NCBI GenBank assembly: GCA_963555815.3
Contig: CAUVWX020000001.1
Span: 1,344,001-1,408,000, forward strand
Source: a bacterium
Lineage (GTDB): Bacteria; UBA8248; JACPRG01; G963555815
Reading direction: 5' to 3'
Length of the DNA stretch: 64,000 nucleotides
Shown here: in pieces, positions 60,223-64,000 of the stretch
How the letters are laid out: each line of letters begins with the position of its first letter
Position numbering within the stretch: the first letter of the stretch is position 1
Notes under the pieces: model-generated
The model's input: the letters and a program-made list of their open reading frames with translations, nothing else
Database searches by the model: none
What the model was told of the DNA's origin: nothing
Made by a program: the position numbers and the translations under genes

Positions 60223-63157
60223 ATGGCCAAGAGGCGCGGCACTCGCAAGACCGTCGAAACAATCACGCACGACGAGTCCAAGCGGAAGAACATTCCATCT
60301 GCCGAGCATCAGTCCGTGCTCCGACCAGACGATGCCACGCCACGGCCGGTGAAGTATCCACGGAACACCGATCTCGACCCCCAGTTCGTCTGGCGTGGGA
60401 AGGATGAGCAGGACTGGAGCGATCTCGTTGTCTACGCCCCGCCGCTCTACATTCAGGAAAAGGTTCATCCGAAGGTATTGATCGACGATCTCCTTCGGCA
60501 GACAAAAGAAGCACAAACGGAGGCCATCGGAGCACAGACCAACCTCTTCGCCGACTTCAACGGTATTCCAGATGGAGTTGACAGAACTGAGTTCTACCAA
60601 CACGACCAGAACTGGTCGAACCGCATGATCCTCGGTGACTCCCTCCAGGTCATGGCCAGTCTGGCCGAGCGCGAGGGCCTGCGCGGCAAGGTGCAGTGCA
60701 TCTACCTCGACCCGCCCTACGGCATCAAGTTCAACAGCAACTTTCAGTGGTCCACGACCAGCCGCGACGTCAAGGACGGCAAGGCGGATCACATTACACG
60801 CGAGCCGGAACAAGTGAAGGCGTTCCGGGACACGTGGCGGGATGGGATTCACTCTTATCTGACGTATCTGCGTGACCGACTGACCGTGGCACGGGACCTG
60901 TTGACGGAGAGCGGCTCGATCTTCGTTCAGATTGGAGACGAGAATGTTCACCGAGTGCGGACGCTGATGGAGGAGGTGTTCGGGGAGGATAATTTTGTCA
61001 GCGAAATCATCGTCAGCACGACGACTAGCGCAACTTCGCGTTATCTAGCAGGAACTTGCGATTACATTCTTTGGTCTGCGAGGAACTATAAGACGTTGAA
61101 ATATCGCCAGCCGTTCCGTGAAAAGAAAGCGGGCGAGGCAGGAGCCGCCTTATATAACCGCATTCAAAGTATTGATGGCGGCACCGTTCGCACTTTGTCC
61201 AAGAATGAGGATTACGAGCGAGATATTTCTCCCGATGATTGGCATCTCGTAACATCCGACAACTTCTCATCACAGTCAGGAGGAAAAACGACACGACAAC
61301 CAGTTCTATTGAAAGGTGAGTCATATAGCCCGGCGACTGGGGGATGGAAGACGAACTCGGAAGGCGTGAAACGTTTAATCGCAGCATCTCGTTTGGCGAA
61401 AGGTGGACGAGCCGTGCGGTATATTCGCCGTATCCAAGATTTTCCTGTCTCTCCCATTGCAAATGTCTGGGATGACATGTTGACAGGTAGTTTCACTGAA
61501 GAAAAACTCTACGTAGTGCAGACCGCTGCCAAGCTAGTCCAACGCTGCATCCTGATGACCACTGACCCGGGTGACCTCGTGCTTGACCCGACCTGCGGTT
61601 CCGGCACCACCGCCTATGCCGCCGAACAATGGGGCCGCCGCTGGATCACCATTGACACTTCCCGCGTTGCCTTGGCCCTCGCCCGCGCCCGCATCATGGG
61701 CGCGCGCTATTCTTACTACCTGCTCTCCGACAGCCGCGACGGGCAACTCAAAGAAGCCGAGATCGCTAGCAGGGCACCCGCCGACACGCCCACCTACAAC
61801 AACATTCGACAGGGGTTCGTGTACGAGCGGGTACCCCACATCACGCTCAAGTCCATTGCCAACAACGCCGAGATCGACGTGATCTGGGAGAAGTGGCAGG
61901 AGATGCTGGAACCGCTACGCGCAGAACTGAACGCCTCCCTCAACCGCGACTGGGAGGAGTGGGAGATTCCCCGGGAGCCGGGCGACCCGTGGTCCGCAAC
62001 AGCGACGGCGGCGTGGAGCAAGTTCCAGGCGGGGCGCACGAACGAAGCAAAGTCGGCGGCGCTTTGCGTGTTGAACCAGGAGTTGGGCCGAAATTACGCA
62101 CTGGCTGACGTGCCCGATCGGCCTCGAAACCCGTGGGAGTCCACTCCCACCAACCTCCACCGCCGCTGGTGGGAACAACGCATCGCCCGGCAGAAGGAGA
62201 TCGACGCCTCCATCGCCGCTAAGGCCGACTACGAATACCTCTACGACAAGCCTTACGAGGACAAGAAGAAGGTCCGTGTCGCCGGACCTTTCACGGTCGA
62301 GAGCCTAAGCCCCCACCGCATGCTTGGCGTGGGTGAGGACGATGAATTGATCGACATCGGGAAGGAAGACAGCATCGCATACGGAGCAAAGCAATCCTTC
62401 CCACAGATGATCTTGGAAAACCTCAAAACCGTCCGGTGTGCAGCAAGCGCACAAAGAGGACCGGATTGCCTTCACCGCCCTCACCCCGTGGCCCGGCGAG
62501 TTGGTCTGCGCGGAAGGCCACTACCCCGAAGGCGAAACTGAGAAGCGGGCCGCCATCTTCATCGGCCCCGAGTTCGGCACCGTGCAACGCGCCGATCTTG
62601 TCGCCGGAGCCCGTGAGGCCGGCGATGCTGGGTTCGATGTGTTGATCGCCTGCGCTTTCAATTACGAGGCCCACGCCACGGAATTCAGCAAGCTGGGACG
62701 CATCCCCGTGCTCAAAGCCCGGATGAACGCCGACTTGCACATGGCCAAGGATCTCAAAAATACCGGTAAGGGAAACCTGTTCGTCATCTTCGGCGAACCA
62801 GACATTGAACTCCTGCCGGAGCAGGATGGCCGATTGCGCGTGAAAGTGAAGGGCGTCGATGTCTTTGTCCCCAGCACAGGAGAAGTCCGTAGCGACGGCG
62901 CCGATGGCATCGCCTGCTGGTTCATTGACACCGACTACAACGAGGAAAGCTTCTTCGTCCGGCAGGCCTACTTCCTCGGCGCCAACGACCCCTACAAATC
63001 CCTCAAGACTACTCTCAAGGCTGAAGTCAACCGGGAAGCCTGGGAAACACTCCACAGCGACACCTCCCGGCCGTTTGACAAACCAAAATCCGGGCGGATC
63101 GCCGTGAAGGCGATCAACCACCTTGGCGATGAAGTGATGAAGGTGTTCAAGGTCTAG
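60223..63157 (+). CDS. Type III-like DNA adenine methyltransferase (+1 frameshift near 62432)
   Basis: IYLDPPYG, HSYLTYLRDRL, YVVQT and VLDPTCGSGTT motifs; C-terminal IAVKAINHLGDEVMKV in the shifted frame. Confidence 0.9.
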
Positions 63158-63161
63158 CCCT

Positions 63162-64000
63162 ATGGACTTCCGTATCGCCGACACTTTCACAGGCAGTCTT
63201 GCCAGATTAACGGGCGACGAGCAGAAGGCTGTCAAGACGACGGCCTTCGACTTACAGCTCAGCCCCGCCAATCCTGGTATGAGCTTCCACAGGCTCAACA
63301 AGGCCAAAGACAAGGACTTCTGGTCGGTGCGGGTTAGTGATGACATCCGGCTGATCGTGCACAAGAGCGAGATTAGCCTCCTGCTCTGCTATGTCGGCCA
63401 TCACGACAAGGCGTATGACTGGGCGGAACGGCGGCGGCTGGAGGCACACCCCAAGACGGGTGCCGCCCAGCTCGTGGAGATTCGAGAGACCGTTCAGGAG
63501 ATTCTCATCCCGACGTATGTGGAGGCTCCGAAGCCAGCGGTGGCCAAGCTGCCACTGCTGTTTGCGGGCATGTCCGATGACGATTTGCTGACCTACGGGG
63601 TACCCCCGGAGTATCTGTCAGACGTGCGCCAGATCGACGAGGACAATCTCCTGTCGATGGCCGACCGACTACCAGCCGAGGCCGCCGAGGCGCTCTTGGA
63701 ACTGGCCACTGGCGGCAAGCCGCTTCCACCTCAGCCGGGCTCGCCGACGATGAATCCGCTCGATCATCCCGACGCGCAACGCCGATTCCGGGTGATGAGC
63801 AGTGTCGAGGAACTTCAGCGCGCCCTGGAGTTCCCGTGGGACAGGTGGTCGGTGTTCCTCCATCCCGAGCAGCGGCAGCTGGTTGAACGGGACTACACCG
63901 GGTCCGCGAGGGTTTCCGGCTCCGCCGGCACGGGGAAGACGATTGTGGCGCTGCATCGCGCCGTCTTCCTGGCCCGCGCCAACCAGAATGCGCGCGTCTT
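63162..64000 (+). CDS. UvrD/SF1 helicase-domain protein with an N-terminal RelE/ParE-like domain (3' end beyond window)
   Basis: MDFRIADTF…PGMSFHRL…FWSVRVSDDIRLIVH…CYVGHHD, then VFLHPEQ and Walker A VSGSAGTGKT. Confidence 0.85.
   Translation, partial: MDFRIADTFTGSLARLTGDEQKAVKTTAFDLQLSPANPGMSFHRLNKAKDKDFWSVRVSDDIRLIVHKSEISLLLCYVGHHDKAYDWAERRRLEAHPKTGAAQLVEIRETVQEILIPTYVEAPKPAVAKLPLLFAGMSDDDLLTYGVPPEYLSDVRQIDEDNLLSMADRLPAEAAEALLELATGGKPLPPQPGSPTMNPLDHPDAQRRFRVMSSVEELQRALEFPWDRWSVFLHPEQRQLVERDYTGSARVSGSAGTGKTIVALHRAVFLARANQNARV

Overview
GC-rich bacterial chromosomal window, probably from a metagenome-assembled or long-read genome; taxonomy cannot be fixed from sequence alone. It alternates core genes with accessory blocks. 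Left to right: amtB (truncated by the window edge), tRNA-Val, an atypical ferredoxin-NADP reductase, a YgfZ/GcvT-like protein and tRNA-Lys/tRNA-Glu. Downstream of tRNA-Glu lies an island-like tract with a predicted outer-membrane protein, a CsgG-like protein and a 2,974-bp IS1595-family element whose terminal inverted repeats enclose a fused DNA methyltransferase-endonuclease cargo gene. Next come a 12-kb sugar-phosphate cluster (tkt, rpiB, tal-pgi, gnd, zwf, glk, fbp, fbaB, pgl), an ABC solute-binding protein, a Rieske ferredoxin and a secreted PEGA/PASTA/DUF5648-like/Kelch mosaic protein. These are followed by lsrF plus a Zn-dehydrogenase, a PaaK-like ligase plus a two-subunit CoA-transferase, the ispB-AmmeMemoA-DUF4321x2-maf-double isochorismatase operon, a CoA-binding/metY deletion scar, tRNA-Arg(ACG) abutting tadA, DUF3179, caiB-like, and an amidase-nitrilase-molybdoenzyme-Rieske cluster. 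From tRNA-Ser(CGA) to the end is a serine-recombinase/DUF2924/ParB-MTase island with IS3, IS5 and IS1595 relics and a type III-like R-M plus UvrD helicase defence locus. About ten otherwise intact genes are broken by single-base frameshifts (mostly +1), which suggests consensus errors. Two in-frame TAG codons both sit in a CTAGG context.
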